From NCBI GenBank assembly GCA_004431415.1, contig QPMI01000495.1, positions 62,001-126,000 on the forward strand: a DNA stretch of 64,000 nucleotides, given 5' to 3'. The notes beneath the pieces are model-generated. The model was not told the origin of the DNA. It did no database searches and worked only from the letters and a program-made list of their open reading frames with translations. Of the stretch, positions 36,628 through 52,600 are shown piece after piece. Made by a program: the position numbers and the translations under genes. The first letter of the stretch is position 1. Every line of letters begins with the position of its first letter. The stretch comes from Cyanophora paradoxa CCMP329 (lineage: Eukaryota > Plantae > Glaucophyta).

Positions 36628-37263
36628 GTTCTAAAGTATTAGGTACTGGTACGTATACTCGGGGGGACGGCAGCCCGAACTGGCCACCGTGGACTTCGGA
36701 ATTCAAGGCTTCAAATTTTGATTTAATTTGGGCCTGGATTGTCGAACTCCGGGACTGGAATCAAATTTTGATCAAACTGGAGGACCAGCCTCCACCGATC
36801 GCGAATCATCATTGAATTCCGAAAAAAGTTCGAACGCAGTGCTGGTACAACTTGGCAACTGCAGGTTCAACCCGTACCATGGCCAAATTAAAGTAATACG
36901 TAAGTGTGCATGCGCATGCGCAAGGCAAGAACACCTGGTGACCAACTTGGCAAACCTTCAAATCATGATCACGGCCCTCAATTTGCAAAGAGTGCGGGCA
37001 GCCTGGCAGCATGCACATGGCAAATCAAGCGTAGGGGTGAGGGTCGGACTTCATTTTGTCTGACTAGTACTTCAGGCTGCCAGGGCTAAAGCAAGCTTTT
37101 TCAAATGACACCACTGGGGGCCATGGCCAGCAGTGTTTCATCGATTCTTCATCATTATCTACATAACTAGATCTTGATGCCATCACCTTGACAGAAGGAC
37201 GATTTGCGCTAGCTAGCTAGGCACCTGTAGGTAAGCCCGATGTGCCCGCGGCATGTTGAAATG

Positions 37264-39482
37264 CTAATGGCTTGCAGGGAGCTTGATGGCCGACACATCA
37301 TACCCCGGCATTTCAAAGCTCCTCGAGAACGCCTCCACCTCCTTGCGAAGAGCCTATATGGTGCTCAGAGGAGAGAAAAACGTTCAATTGGGCGTGGGCG
37401 CTTTACCTCGAGCTCAGCGTGGCCTGGAATGGCGGCAATGAAGTTCTTGAGCTCCTTGCCAGACGACTGCTGGATCTTGAGGGCAATCTCAACGCCACGA
37501 TGCAGGAATTCGACGATCTTTTTCATATCCTCCTCAACCATGCCACGTGTAGTGAGGGCCGGGGTGCCTGCAGACGAATCAGCACGAGGCATTGCCTCTT
37601 GAACTCGAAGGGCAGCTCTAGCACACCAAGGCGAATGCCGCCAGGCGAGATGGCGCTGGTGTCGCCATACACGGCATTCTTGTTGCAGGTGATGCTAATG
37701 GCATCCAGAATCTTCTCCATCTTGGAGCCTGTGAGGCCCTGTGGGCGAAGATCCCAGAGAACGAGGTGATTGTCTGGCACAGCGAGGGATGATCAGAACA
37801 GTGACTTGGGCCAGAATCTGTCCAGCGTTTGGCGGACTGACCAGTTCCGGCAGTTACAAGCGAGTATCCCTTGGCCATCAAGCTCGCAGCAATGGTCGCA
37901 GCGTTCTTCTTGACCTGCTTGATGTACTCCTTGAACTGGGGGGTCGCGACCTGCAAAGCAACGTTGATTGCTGTTTAGAAGCAATTTCGCAACAAAACAA
38001 TCCGCTAACCTCACGAAGCTGGGTGCACAGAGCGGCAATGGTGTTGTTGTGGGGGCCGCCCTGAAGGCTGGGGAAGACTGCGAAGTTGATGCGGTCCTCG
38101 TAATCGTAGACCTGAAGATCAATCAGCTCGTAGCTTCACACATACGATCGGGCACTCTTGCCTCCTCAGAGTTGGGCTTCTTGCCACGGCGGAAGAAGAT
38201 GACACCAGAGCGGGGGCCCCTGCGGAAACATGAGGTCTTGAGAGGTGCCACACAGCGAATCTATTACCTGAGCGACTTGTGAGTCGTGGTGGTGACGACA
38301 TCGCAGTACTTGAATGGGTCGTTGCACTCCTGCGGGGGGTCTGAGTACTATGCTAGCTTAGTTTCATGTTGGCTTAGAGTGCACCTGAGCGGCAACGATG
38401 CCACTGATGTGCGCCATATCGCACATGAGCAGGGCGCCGACCTTGTCACAAATCTGACGCATGCGAGCGTAGTCCCAGTCACGCGGGTACGCCGAGCCAC
38501 CAGCCACGATAAGCTGCAATCGAAAAGAAATTATCAGCGTCCATTGGAAACTGCCTGAAATCCAGAAATCGACCTTGGGGCGGAAAAGCATCGCCTGCTC
38601 CTCGAGCTTGGCGTAATCGATCAGGCCGGTCTCCTGCAAACGCAAACGCTGAGTACCACACCGCATCTAAGGAAGTCAAGCTTGTACAACACACTTTGTT
38701 CAGCTGATAGGGGAGAGACTCGAAGAAGATGGAGGTAGCCGAAATGCGCTTCTTTGCGGTATAGTAGCCGTGCGTGAGGCTGCGAGGCTGTGCATGAATC
38801 GCTGGAAGTCGCACGAGCTTCTCGGGAGAACACGCACTGGCCACCGGAGGGGAGGTCGAGACCCATGATGCGGTCGTGGGGGTTCAGTAGCGCGGTATAC
38901 GCCTCAAAGTTCGCCGGGGAGCCTGTTAGCACGCGCGAGTGAGACCCGGCCGGTTCCGACATCGGACGCGTAACGGCATCTGCGCGTACCAGAGTAGGGC
39001 TGAACGTTCACGCCCCACTCGGCCGGATTGAGGTGGAAGGCGGCGAGCGCGCGGTCCCTGCAGAGGTTCTCGATTTTGTCGATGTACTCTGCGCCACCGT
39101 AGTAGCTGCGAGTTCCCGGTGAGGGCCTTAGGCAGCGCGCTCAGCGAACGAGACTGCGCACCGGGCGCCGGGCAGACCCTCGGAGTACTTGTTCGTGAGG
39201 CAGGAGCCAAGGCAGTCAAGAACAGCGCGCGAGGTAAAGTTCTCGGAGGCGATCATCTCGAGGCCGCGGTACTGCAGGGGGCCGCGTCACGGTCACGCGC
39301 GCTCCCGCGCACCCAGCTCGTGCACCTGGCGGTCCTTCTCGAGCTCAATGAGGCCGAAGAGAACCGGGTCAGCGGTCTCAAGCGGCTCATTTCCGGGCTG
39401 CGTCGCCGCCGCGCGTGAGTGGACCGCTAGCGCACGCAATCGAGGGGCGCACCATGGGGAGCTGGCGACGAGGGGCGGACAT
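37264..39482 (-). CDS. SHMT: Serine hydroxymethyltransferase, cytosolic type
   Basis: [56 protein letters not shown] (PLP Lys), [17 protein letters not shown] and PGGIRLG. Confidence 0.96.
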
Positions 39483-39834
39483 TGCTGTTCAGAGAGATTC
39501 TTCTCGCGATGAATGCCGGGAAACCGACGCTGCAGAGCTGGACGCGCGATTGACGAGCCGGCTTTTCAGAGGCCGGCGTTCGGATTTCACGCGCTCCACG
39601 AGAGCCCGACGACGATCTAATGATGCACGGACCTCTCGGGAAGCTGCTGCACTTCGCGTCACGACGCGACTGCGGAGTTCCCGGTTTCGCGCGAGCTGCG
39701 GCGGTCGAGCCGTACCCCCGCTGCGTTCTCAATCTAGGCCTTCTGCGGAATTCGTGCGCCTCCTTGCGGCAGCCTGCAGTGTCGGGAGCGCTTGGTTACG
39801 CTGTATCCGGCCCGGCCACGCCGGAGCACCTCGC

Positions 39835-42384
<2,550 letters not shown>

Positions 42385-42466
42385 ATGTAGCGCATCCTCT
42401 AGCCCCTAGATGAAGGTTCAACTGTTCTTCTTTGATTCATTTGCTGGCATGCTAGCACCTGCAACG

Positions 42467-42557
42467 ATTACGATTACGATCGGCCCGGGGGGAGCCAAGC
42501 CAAGCTAAGAAGCCAAGAATTACGATTACGATTGGCTCAGCTAGGCCAAGAATTACG
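42467..42557 (+). repeat. Short (ATTACG)n clusters related to the 24-bp repeat
   Basis: ATTACGATTACGATCGG (42467), ATTACGATTACGATTGG (42519) and GCCAAGAATTACGA twice. Confidence 0.6.
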
Positions 42558-42912
42558 AATTACCCAAGATGAGGGCCCCCGTGAGGGGGAGGTGTGCACT
42601 GGGGCACTACAAGAGCTAGGATCCGCCGCCGGAGCCTCGGAGCTGCCCAGCCTGGCAGCAGGCCGCCGGGCCGGGTATTCGCCTGCCTTGCTACCCGCCG
42701 CGGCGCACTGCGGCCCGCGGCCGACAGCCGCGGGGCCGCCGGGCCGTGCAGTGCCTGATCAGGATGCTCCTGACTCAGTGAATGCAGACCTGGAAGTTCG
42801 AAATTTCGACGTTCTGGGTCAGCGGCCCCGCGCCGCGGTAGCATTGCATATATATATATGTGACTTGATATATGCTTAGTATATACAGGTAGTACTTTCA
42901 AGCCTTAAGCTG

Positions 42913-42982
42913 GTTAAGCTGGCAAGTGCATGCGCAATGCTACCGTAGTTAAGCTGGCAAGTGCATGCGCAATGCTACCGTA
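42913..42982. repeat. 35-bp direct tandem duplication
   Basis: GTTAAGCTGGCAAGTGCATGCGCAATGCTACCGTA occurs twice in tandem. Confidence 0.9.
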
Positions 42983-43521
42983 GTACCGCTGACGTACGCG
43001 TCGACCCATGGCCAGAATTTCGAGCGCTAGCTGCACTGCGGCAGCTGGGCCCCGGGCCTGCCAGGCTGCAGCTAGCGCTGGCGCCCGGCCGCGCGCGGGC
43101 CGCGGGCCCCATGGCCATGCACGGGGCCATGCATATTATGCATATCATAGTATTTGCTACCTTCAGCTGCCCCGCCGCGGCGCCGGGGCCCGGGCCTTTA
43201 ATTATATAAATTTGGGTATAGGGTGGCGTTCAACGGTTCCTTCCGAAGTTCCCCAAGCCGAGCCTAATTATAACGGCAACGCAAGGCCCCTGGCTCGGCC
43301 AGCGGTCATCATGATCACAAATTTGTGGCTTTTGCGATTTAGTTCGTGTCCAAATGCTAACGTTAATGGCAGGGGCCAAGAAGATGCCACATGCAACCTT
43401 TCACTCCGCATGGCCACTGAACCACTGGCCAGGCACGTCACAGGGCGGCTTTCCGAGCTCGAGGAGTGCTTGCCCAGTTGATTACATGTACACCCTCATC
43501 CAAACATGCTGGGGTTCGATT

Positions 43522-44706
43522 TTAATGCTGGGGTTTGGAGAGCTCTTGCCACACGTGGTCTAGGAATGCATCGTCCTGCACAGCTGAGTCAGCGTGAATT
43601 GAGAGGGCACATTCCACAGCTCTCTCACCGAGACAAGCCTGATCAGGGTATCTTTCAGCTGATCTCTTGTCAATTTTACAGGCTCTTTCTTCGAGATGCT
43701 GAGCTGAGAAGTAATAGTCCCGAGAAGTGCAGTGGGAGAAAGAAGGGGGAGACTAGAGGCCTCGGCGGGCGCCTTTTCTGGGGCTGGAGGGAAGAAGCTA
43801 CGTTCCAGGTCTGCAGCTTGGGCGGGTGCAGGCGGCGCTGGTGGCGCTGAAGGCACAGATGCTGCTCCCGGGTTCTGCAGAATATCCAAGATGCTGCGCC
43901 CTGCCTGGTTGCTTGCTGTAGGTGCCCTTGGAATGTGCTGCGAAGGGAAAATGAGACGGCATCCTGTGCCATGGGCCTTGTACTGCACCTGCTCCGGTAT
44001 CGAGTCCGCAGCTTGGAAAAGCTTCAGGACGTTGCTGGCCAGACCACTGCGAGAAGAGTAAGGGGAAAGCACGCAGCTCAATCTCAAACGTGACGCACCC
44101 GTTGTCGGAAGGCCGCCCAGCAGCGAGGTCTCGCGAAAGCCTATCGAGGGGTTAGCCCGCGCGCGGCAATTGACATCACGGGGACGCACTGCTGTAGCAA
44201 CTCTGTGACGGCCTTGCGCTCCGCCGCATTGTAGAACCAGATCCCGTGGATCTGTCCAGAGCGATTCTTGTAGAGCAAGAAGTCTGAAGACTCCTGTGTC
44301 TCAAAGCCGGTGGAGATGTCCTCCGTGAAATTCGTCGTGCTCAAGCGGTTCATGACCACCAGCCTGTGCGCCGGCTCGCTCGTTCTGCAGCCTCTAATCC
44401 TTAGCTAAGACACACGGGCGCCCGTTTAAGATCGCTGGCACCGCTGCACGACGAAGATCGGCCCCTCGACGTCTTGGCGTTGCTGAGGCGGTGTCAGTGC
44501 GTGGCGACGCGACGCGCGGGCGACGCGAACCCATTGCTTCGCGCTGTCTGAAAAGAAGTAAATGACTACGTGCCCCGCCTTCGAGAGTATCCTGTCGATG
44601 CTCGGATCTAGCCTTTGCAGCACCGGCAAGTTCAGATCTGCCGCCGCCCTGCGATGCGCCTGCGTCAGATCGTACGTGCAACGACGCGCGCAACGCGGCC
44701 GCACAT
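43522..44706 (-). CDS. DCP1: mRNA decapping co-activator DCP1 (EVH1 domain plus C-terminal trimerisation helix)
   Basis: LNLPVLQRLDPSIDRIL..AGHVVIY, DVEGPIFVVQR, VMNRLSTTNF, IHGIWFY and LTRDQLKDTLIRLVS|DDAFLDHVWQ. Confidence 0.92.
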
Positions 44707-44916
44707 CGCGTTTGCGTGTGGTGTGCCACCTCTGCGTGAACCGTACCCAGAACCGTTCCTAGGCCCTAGGGACCTAGACTTCTCGAGTCCGAGCTCGGTC
44801 CTCCGTCCGCTGCAGCGCAACGCGGCCCACACGAGCAGCGCGAGCAACGCGCGGAGAAGAGAGGGCGCCGGACCGCACCCGCTCGCAGCCGCATCCGCTT
44901 GCAGCCGCCGCCAGGC

Positions 44917-46259
44917 ATGAGCTCCGGTTCGGAGAGCGAGGGCGATGGATCCGCAGGCGGCGCGGAGACGCGCGGCCAAGTGCTGCAGCGCCACAAGCGC
45001 GAGTTGAAGGAACTCAAGGCGAAGTGCGGTGCGAGCGATCGCCCGTCCTGCGCGCCCTGTGTGACGCTGCTCACAGAGAAGCTGATGCATGCGGTGAAGA
45101 AGAACGACAAGGAAGGCAAGAAGAAGGTGAACGACGAGATCCAGAAGCTGGAAAAGGCTCGCCCCCTGCATCCCGCGTTCCCGCTGCCCCGCCTGAGCGA
45201 ACGCATCCGCGCAGGAACTTCACGATCGGCATGTTAAAGAGCTAGCGTCGCTAGATTCCGTTCAAAAAGCGCTGGAGGCTGCTAGCATCTCGGAGCCGGC
45301 AGCGAAGGACGACGAGCATGACGCAGAGCACGGCGAGAAGAAACAGGCGCTCACGCCCTGCCTTTTAGCATTTTTTTTGAGTTTGATCTCAGCTCTTTGC
45401 AGACGCGTGCCCAGAAACGGCGGGGCAAGAAGGCCGAGGAGGAGGCAGAACGTGAGAGGCAAAGAGAGGTGGAGCGGATGAATGCTCCAAATCCTGGACT
45501 CGAGGAGAGCAACCGTCTTTCAGAATATCTGAAGCCTCAGGGTTTCCAGATCAAGGATGTGCGTTTGTATTCCTTTGTATTTTTGACTCTTCAACGCATT
45601 CCTCTCTGGACCCTGATTCCTCTGCCAGATCACCTCTGATGGCCATTGCATGTTCCGTGCCATTGCCGATCAGCTCCAGCTTGTCGGGCAGCCAATCTCA
45701 GCTGCGGTCGGTTTATTTCATTGATCATGATTTCGACTGTGCCACTTAACAGTGTTGCAGGCACCCCACGTTATTCTGAGGCAGATGGCAGTGGATTTCA
45801 TGCGCAAAAATCCCGACGATTTCGCCCCATTTGTGGTGTCCGATGAAGGTGAACTGATTATCGTGCTGTGGAGTCCTCGTTTGGATTGCTGATGCATGTC
45901 AGGTTCGTTTGAGGACTACTGCAAACAGATTGCAGACACTGCCGCATGGGGCTCTCAGCTTGTGCGTTCTCCTAGACTCAGCTCACAGCGATGTTGTACC
46001 CTTACACTTGAGTCGCAGGAATTGCAAGCCCTGAGCCGCTGCTTGAACTGCAAAATCTGTGTATACTCAGCGGACTCGAAGCAGCCAATCGAGATTGGTG
46101 GAGATCAAGACAGTGTACATCCCCTGCGTGTTAGGTAAGAGTTCTGGTACTTTGCTATCCATCTTGTTCTGTCTCAACTCGCGAGGCAGCTTCCACCGCT
46201 TCCTCCTCTCCCAGGGCGAACATTACAACAGCATTGTGCCAATTCCAGCTGATGCGTAG
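44917..46259 (+). CDS. OTUD6B: OTU-domain deubiquitinase, OTUD6B/Otu2-like
   Basis: QRHKRELKELKAK, TRAQKRRGKK, DGHCMFRAIADQL (catalytic Cys), AWGSQL|ELQALS and FHRFLLSQGEHYNS. Confidence 0.88.
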
Positions 46260-46790
46260 CTTTCTTTGATTCAATTGAAATCGTATTGGATCAAAGTTTG
46301 TCCGACCTTGTCCGACCGGACCCCGTGGCCAATCGCGAAGTACTACCCAGGCTTCCGGCCCTCGAAACTCAGTTGCAGTTGCAAACTGCAGAACGCAAAC
46401 CGGACGCGCAACGTGTACGGTTCGGTGCTCATGTGTACCCGGGCACGCTAACGTTAACAGCAGACTAGCGCTAGCCAGGCCGATCCCAGCCGCATATGGC
46501 CTCTTGGCCGGTCCTGCAAAGGCAGTGGTCCCTCGTTAAAGCGCATCCTTTGCATGCCCAATGCAAGATGCCAATTGCAAGATGCCGCCGCAACTTAAGC
46601 TTGCGCATGCCGGTCGACGTCGCTGGAAATTCGAAACTTGAAAGCTCACTTCGACGAATGCAACGGCCGGCGCCGCGGGCACGCGAGCGTTCTTGATATG
46701 CCAGCCTGGCATATGCATGCCTAGCTATAGCTATAGCTATATATCACAGTATATAGCTGTATAGCTATAGTCTGCTATATATTTCTACAT

Positions 46791-46898
46791 CTAGGCTACG
46801 CGCACGGGCGCGCCGGACACTCCTAGCCTTCGATTTTTTCAGCCTGGCAGCGCTCTAACTATACCCGTGCTGTTCGGGATCAGAGCGTAACCCGCAGG
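46791..46898 (+). repeat. ~100-bp element with a hairpin upstream of CCT2; homologous to 7441-7523
   Basis: GCGCTCT-AACTATA-CCCG-TGCTGTT-CGGG-ATC-AGAGCGT hairpin. TAACTRTACCC recurs near 46938. Confidence 0.75.
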
Positions 46899-46983
46899 GG
46901 CGCTCTCGGGGAGGAGCGTTCTTCCAAACCCAACGAATAACTGTACCCCTAGTTCGAGAAGAAGGCGGCAAAGCCACAGCAAC

Positions 46984-49416
46984 ATGGCGTTCACGATGCC
47001 TTCCGGGCCTCTGCCCATCCTCAAGGATGATGCGTCGGTGAGTCTACTGCCTTTCCGCCGCTAGCTGGAGAGCCGGCGCTGAGAACTCCTGCAGGAAGAG
47101 AAGGGCGAGAACGCGCGGATGAGCACGTACCTCCCGCACCACGAGCAGGCCATATCTAACGATTGTGCACACCCGCAGGCGCTTTCATTGGCGCAATGGC
47201 CGTCGCCGACCTCGTTAAGACGACGCTGGGGCCGAAGGGCATGGTGCGCTCCCGCCAAGTGCGGCCGTTTGTTCCGCTATGACGCGGCATGGGTGTAGGA
47301 CAAGATCCTGCAGTCTATGAGTCGCGACGCCAACATCAGCGTCACGAACGACGGCGCTACCATTCTGAAGTCGCTGCACATCGACAACGCAGCCGCCAAA
47401 GTCCTCATCGGTGCGCAGAGGTTGCAGGACATCTGACGACGGCGCGGCTCACGACGCTGCAGATATCTCGAAGGTTCAAGATGAGGAGGTCGGCGACGGC
47501 ACTACGTCCGTCTGCGTGCTGGCCGGCGAGCTGCTCCGGGAGGCGGAGAAGCTCATCGCACAGAAGATCCACCCACAGACGATCATCGCTGGTCTGTGCT
47601 GGTGCCGCCAGTGTTTCCGCAAGCCGAGACTCTGAGACACTCGAACAGGTTGGCGCGCGGCGCTCGACACTGCGAGGAAAGCTCTCGAGGGCTCCACTAA
47701 GAACAACGCCGCGGATCCAGGTTCGACATCCGCACCCGCTTGCGAGACTGAAGCTCGTCGCTGCAACCCGCGCCGACACTCTTTCCTTTTCTCGCTTGCA
47801 GTGAAGTTCCGGGAGGACCTTCTGAATATCGCTCGCACCACGCTCAGCAGCAAGATTCTCGCTAACGACAAGGACTACTTCGCGAATCTGGCGGTCGACG
47901 CGGTCATGCGCTTGAAGGTCCCTCCCCCTCCACCGCCCAGCACTCGCACCCCTGACCGCCACTGCAGACCAACACCAACCTGGAGCACATTCAGATCATC
48001 AAGAAGACGGGTGGCTCCCTGCGTGACTCGTACTTGGACGACGGGTGCGCCCCGCCCAGCCCCGGCTCGTCCTTTCGGCGGCCCCGCCGACGCGCGCGTG
48101 CCGCGCAGCTTCATTCTCGACAAGAAGATCGGCGTCGGCCAGCCGAAGCGCCTGGAGAATGCGAAGATCCTGGTCGCAAACACGGCGATGGATACGGACA
48201 AGATCAAGATCTATGGCGCGCGCGTTCGCGTGGACTCCATGGCGAAGGTCGCGGAGATTGAGGCGGCGGAGAAAGAGAAGATGAAAAGCAAGTGCGACAA
48301 GATCGTCAACCACGGCGTCAACTGCTTCATCGACCGGCAGCTCATCTACAACTTCCCGGAGCAGTACCTTGGCGAGCGCGGCGGTGCGATCGCTCTCCTC
48401 TTTCTTCTCGAGTGTGGCGAGCACGGACATGACGCCGCCGCGCGCAGTGATGACCATCGAGCACGCCGACTTCGACGGCATCGAGCGGTTGGCGGCGGTG
48501 CTCGGTGCTGACATCGTCTCCACATTCGACGCACCGGAGAAGACGCGCCTCGGGTCCTGCAAGCTCATCGAGGAAATCATGATCGGCGAGGACACGGTTC
48601 GCCCGCCGCTCGTCTGCCGGCGCGGACCGGCGGGGCCGCCGCTCACCTGATCGCAGTTGATCAAGTTCGCGGGCTGCGCGGCGGGCGAGGCGTGCAGCAT
48701 CGTGCTGCGGGGCGCCAGCCAGCACGTGCTCGACGAGGCGGACCGCTCCCTGCACGACGCGCTCTGCGTCCTGGTCACCGCCATCAAGGACACCCGGACA
48801 GTCTACGGCGGCGGCTGCTCGGAGATGCTCTGCGCGAACGCCGTCGACAAGCTCGCGCTGGCGACGCCCGGCAAGAAGGCAATAGCGATGGAGGCGTACG
48901 CCCGGGCGCTCCGTCAGGTCCGTCGTCCCCGCCGTGCGAAGGGGGTGGAGGCCCATCAAACGCGGGCGCAGATCCCCAGCATCATTTCGGACAATGGCGG
49001 CTACGATTCGTCGGAGCTCGTTGCCCAGCTTCGCGCGGCGCACACTAGCGGCCACAGCACCGCCGGCCTGGTCCGCCCTTTCAGCCCCTCGTTACTCCCC
49101 TCTGCCCCTTTTGAATTTTGCACAGGATATGAACCGGGGCATGGTCGGCGACATGGCCGAGCTCGGCATCACCGAGTCCTTCCGCGTGAAGAGCCAGGTA
49201 GCCAGCCCCGCGATCGCTTTCACTCTTTTGACTTTTCTGTTCGCTCACTGTCTTCCGCCCAGGTGTTCGTTTCGGCGACAGAGGCTGCCGAGATGATTCT
49301 GCGCGTCGACGACATCATCAAGTGCGTTAACGATATTTCTGCGCCCGCTTACGCGCTGGGTTTTCCAAGCTGACGCCTGTGTCTGCAGGGCGGCGCCCCG
49401 GCAGCGGGGTGGTTAG
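46984..49416 (+). CDS. CCT2: Chaperonin CCT subunit beta
   Basis: [71 protein letters not shown] and [14 protein letters not shown]. Confidence 0.97.
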
Positions 49417-49697
49417 ATATAGACGCCTTAAGCGCTCAGTTAGTCATTAGACATATGGATGCAGATCGCAGTTCTAATTGAGATGGCGTAAATCGGGGCC
49501 GGGGTTGGGGCCAGATGTGTATGCATGCGAGGTGTCTTGAGTCTTTCAGAGGCCAACCGAGCTTTTAGAGAATGATGCAGTAGCTTCGATTACGTGCAAC
49601 GATCGCGACTACAAACAAAAATTACAGCTGCCGGATGCCCAAGCGCGTCGCTGGCCGCGCCGGCACAAAATAAATTCAGGGGCGTCAAGCTCGCGTC

Positions 49698-52600
49698 TTA
49701 GTGCTTAGCGGTCCCCCTGAGGAGCTTCATTTTTGAGATTGTCTCCAGCAGGTCCTGCACAGAACACGTGCCCGTCAACCCGACGGATCGCCCGGAGGGG
49801 AGCCTCTGGCACCTTGCGGGAGACGGCCTCGCCGCGGGAGATCAGGTTCTTGAGGCCAAGGTACCACGTGATCAGCTGCTCCTCCCTGCGCGCGCGCGGC
49901 TCAGCCGTCGGGAGAGACGACTTCGTTATTGCGGGGGAGTCGCACGTGGTTGCCGAGAAGTCGAGGGTGCGGTGCGGGAACACGATGGAGAAGCAGAGCC
50001 ACTCGAAGTCCTGTTCTAGTTCAGAGGGGGGGCGCGCGCGCAGAGACAAAGTTCGAGGGTGCGCGCCTCGGGCTTGCGGGCGCGGAAGGACTTGGAGCGG
50101 GCGCCCATCTCGACGTCGCGCGCCTCCCCGAGGTGCGCTGCGGGGCGCCCGGGAAGGCAAGGAGTCATGGCTCGAGGCTTCTTTACAGTGTCGAGAGATG
50201 GCGCACCGGTGGAGGAGAGCTTGCGGGACTTGGGGTCGCCCCAGCGCAGCCGGCGCCCGTCCGCCTGCGCGCCTTCTTGATAAAGATGGCGGGCGAGGCG
50301 CAGGGGGGTACGGTACCTCGAGGATGACCCAGCGCTTCACGCGGCGGGAGCGGGACCAAGCGAACTTGTGGAGGATGCCGCTGCGGGGGTACGGCGTTCG
50401 GCTCGCATGGCTGTACGGGGCGCGGGGAGCGTGGGCGGGCGGGCGTACCCCTGGGAGAGGGCCTGGACGCGGGCGTCCTGCTCGGCGCGGAGGGCGAGGA
50501 GGGCGGGGTCCGGGGCGCTGCGGGGCACGGCGAGCGCGATGCCGCTGCTGCTGCCCGGCGTGGGGGACGGCGACGGTGCAGCCGGCGCAGCGGCGGGGGC
50601 GGCCGGCGCGGCGGGGGCGGCCGGAACGGCCGGGACCGGGGCGGCCGCTGACGCGGAAGAGGCGCTTGGGGCGGCTGTAGCGGCCGGGGCGGCCGGGGTC
50701 GGGGCCGGGGCCGGGGACGGGGCCGGGGCCGGGGGCGGGGCGGCGGCCATCGGAACCGGCGAGGTAGAGCGCGAGGTGCGCTCCAGAGAGCGGCGGATCT
50801 TCTCCGAGGAGGGAAGGGCCGCGAACTCTTCGGGGGGCGCGGCCGCCGCCGCCGAAGGGAGCGGGCCCGAGGCTGGCCGGTTCGGAGGCGCCGGCGGCCG
50901 CCCGCCCACGCTCGCCCTGCGCTCCCCTACAACATCCCGGCATCAGTGCAGGCCCGAGGGTCGCTGGAAGGGGGAGGGCGAACCTTCGCCGACGGCGGGG
51001 CGGCGCTCATCGAGCGAGTAGCGGCCGGCGTGGCCCCGCCCGCTGGCGCGGGAGGAGGCCACGGAAGCGGCCCCCGGGCTAGACGTCTGCAAACCACCGA
51101 TGTGAGCCGGCGGGTAGAACACGAGGGGGACGCCAAGAGAACGTGAGAGGCTACAGACGCGTTATGACGGGAAAAGCTAAAGACGCGCCCTAGGATGCGA
51201 GAAGCGCAAAACGGAATCCTGCAGCGCCCAGGTGGGGGCGGGGCCCGGCTCGCCTGGGCGTGGATCCGGACGCCGGCCGCGCCGCCCTCGGGGCCCTCCT
51301 CTTCGAAGGACGCGCGGAAGTGCTCGTCCGCCTGGAGCCGCGCGCCCCCTTGGCAAGCAGGGGGCGGAGGAAGGGGGGAGGCGCACCTCGTCGTGGTCGC
51401 GGTACGTCGCGTCGCCGTCGTCGAAGCTCTCCACATAGCTCGAGAGCTGCAAAACCAGATTCAGTCTCCGTGCACAGAGGGCGCGCAGCAGAACGAGGGT
51501 GTACCCCAGAGGCGCTAGTGGCCGTCACGGAGCCGAGGCGCTCCCGGCCTCCGTCGGGCATCTCGGTATCCCTGCAGAGCGGGGGAAGGTACATGAAAAG
51601 GGAGCAAGGAGTTGGAGCGGTCAAGGGTGAAGCGGTACCCCTGGATGTAGCGGAGGCGCTTAGCGTGGCGGCCGGGGCTCGCTGAGGCGGCTGTCCCAGG
51701 GGTACCACCGATCGGGCTGCGCAGGCCATCGTAAGGCGAATCACGTGCTGAGGTATCTTGCTATTATTTTATGTCGGAGTTAGCGGAATCACGTGCTTTA
51801 GTTTTTTTCGTGATAAATTCCCTTCGACTGCGCTTATTGCAATGCGAAAAAAAAGCACCTGGGCATCTCCGGGGAGCGGTCGGCCGCGCCGGAGAGGAAG
51901 GGCGAGAAGGGCTCGCCGTGCACGGGGGCCCGCGCCGTCGCGGCGGCCCAGCCCATCGCCTGCGGCGACCACGCGCCGCTTCCCATCGCCTGTGCGCAGA
52001 TCAGCCTGAGACAATCGCCACCTACAGGAAACAGCTCTTCTGTCAGGCGCACCGAGTGCTCGAGGGCGAGGAGGCGGGACTCGAGGTCCAGCGCGCCGGG
52101 CGTCGGCGGGGCGGAGCGTCCCCCCCCGGGGGCGCCCCTGGCCCGCATCGCCGCCATCTGCCGGCGCGTCACGGAACGGACGCTTCACGCGCTGTCGTTT
52201 CGCTAACTATTTTGGCTGCGGTCGCCTCGTAGAAAGCGACGTAGATGGCCCCCCGGCGGCGCCCCCGCGGCGGGCGCACCTCAGCCTCGAGGGCGGCGAT
52301 GCGCTCATCGCGCTCGGCGAGGGCCGCCGCCAACTGCCCGCCCCGCTTGGGCGAGGCCGCCGCGCTCCGCGCCGGCGATTGCGGCGCCGACGCCCCGGGC
52401 GACGGCGACAGCGCCTGGCAGAGGGAAGTGAGCGAGCGGCCTCCTCGTTCTGGGTGGGACGGGGCGCGGAGCGCCGCACCCCGTCGCCCTCCTCGCCCTC
52501 GCCCTCGCCCTCCTCCTCAGCCAGAACGGAGGAGGAGGCGCCGCGGGGACCGTCCGCAGGCCCCAGGCCCACGCCGGAGAGCGCGGAGACGCCGGGGCTG

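Noticed and set aside
36300-37200. Transposable element in the eIF3m-SHMT gap (also 42540-43330)
   Set aside because: Only short internal repeats (TCAAATTTTGAT twice) are present. I could not identify terminal repeats, a TSD or transposase/RT coding.
46848-46898. TPP riboswitch or small ribozyme (ATACCCGT resembles the TPP core)
   Set aside because: It lacks the CUGAGA and CCUGAU motifs. No convincing hammerhead, twister or HDV core is visible by eye.
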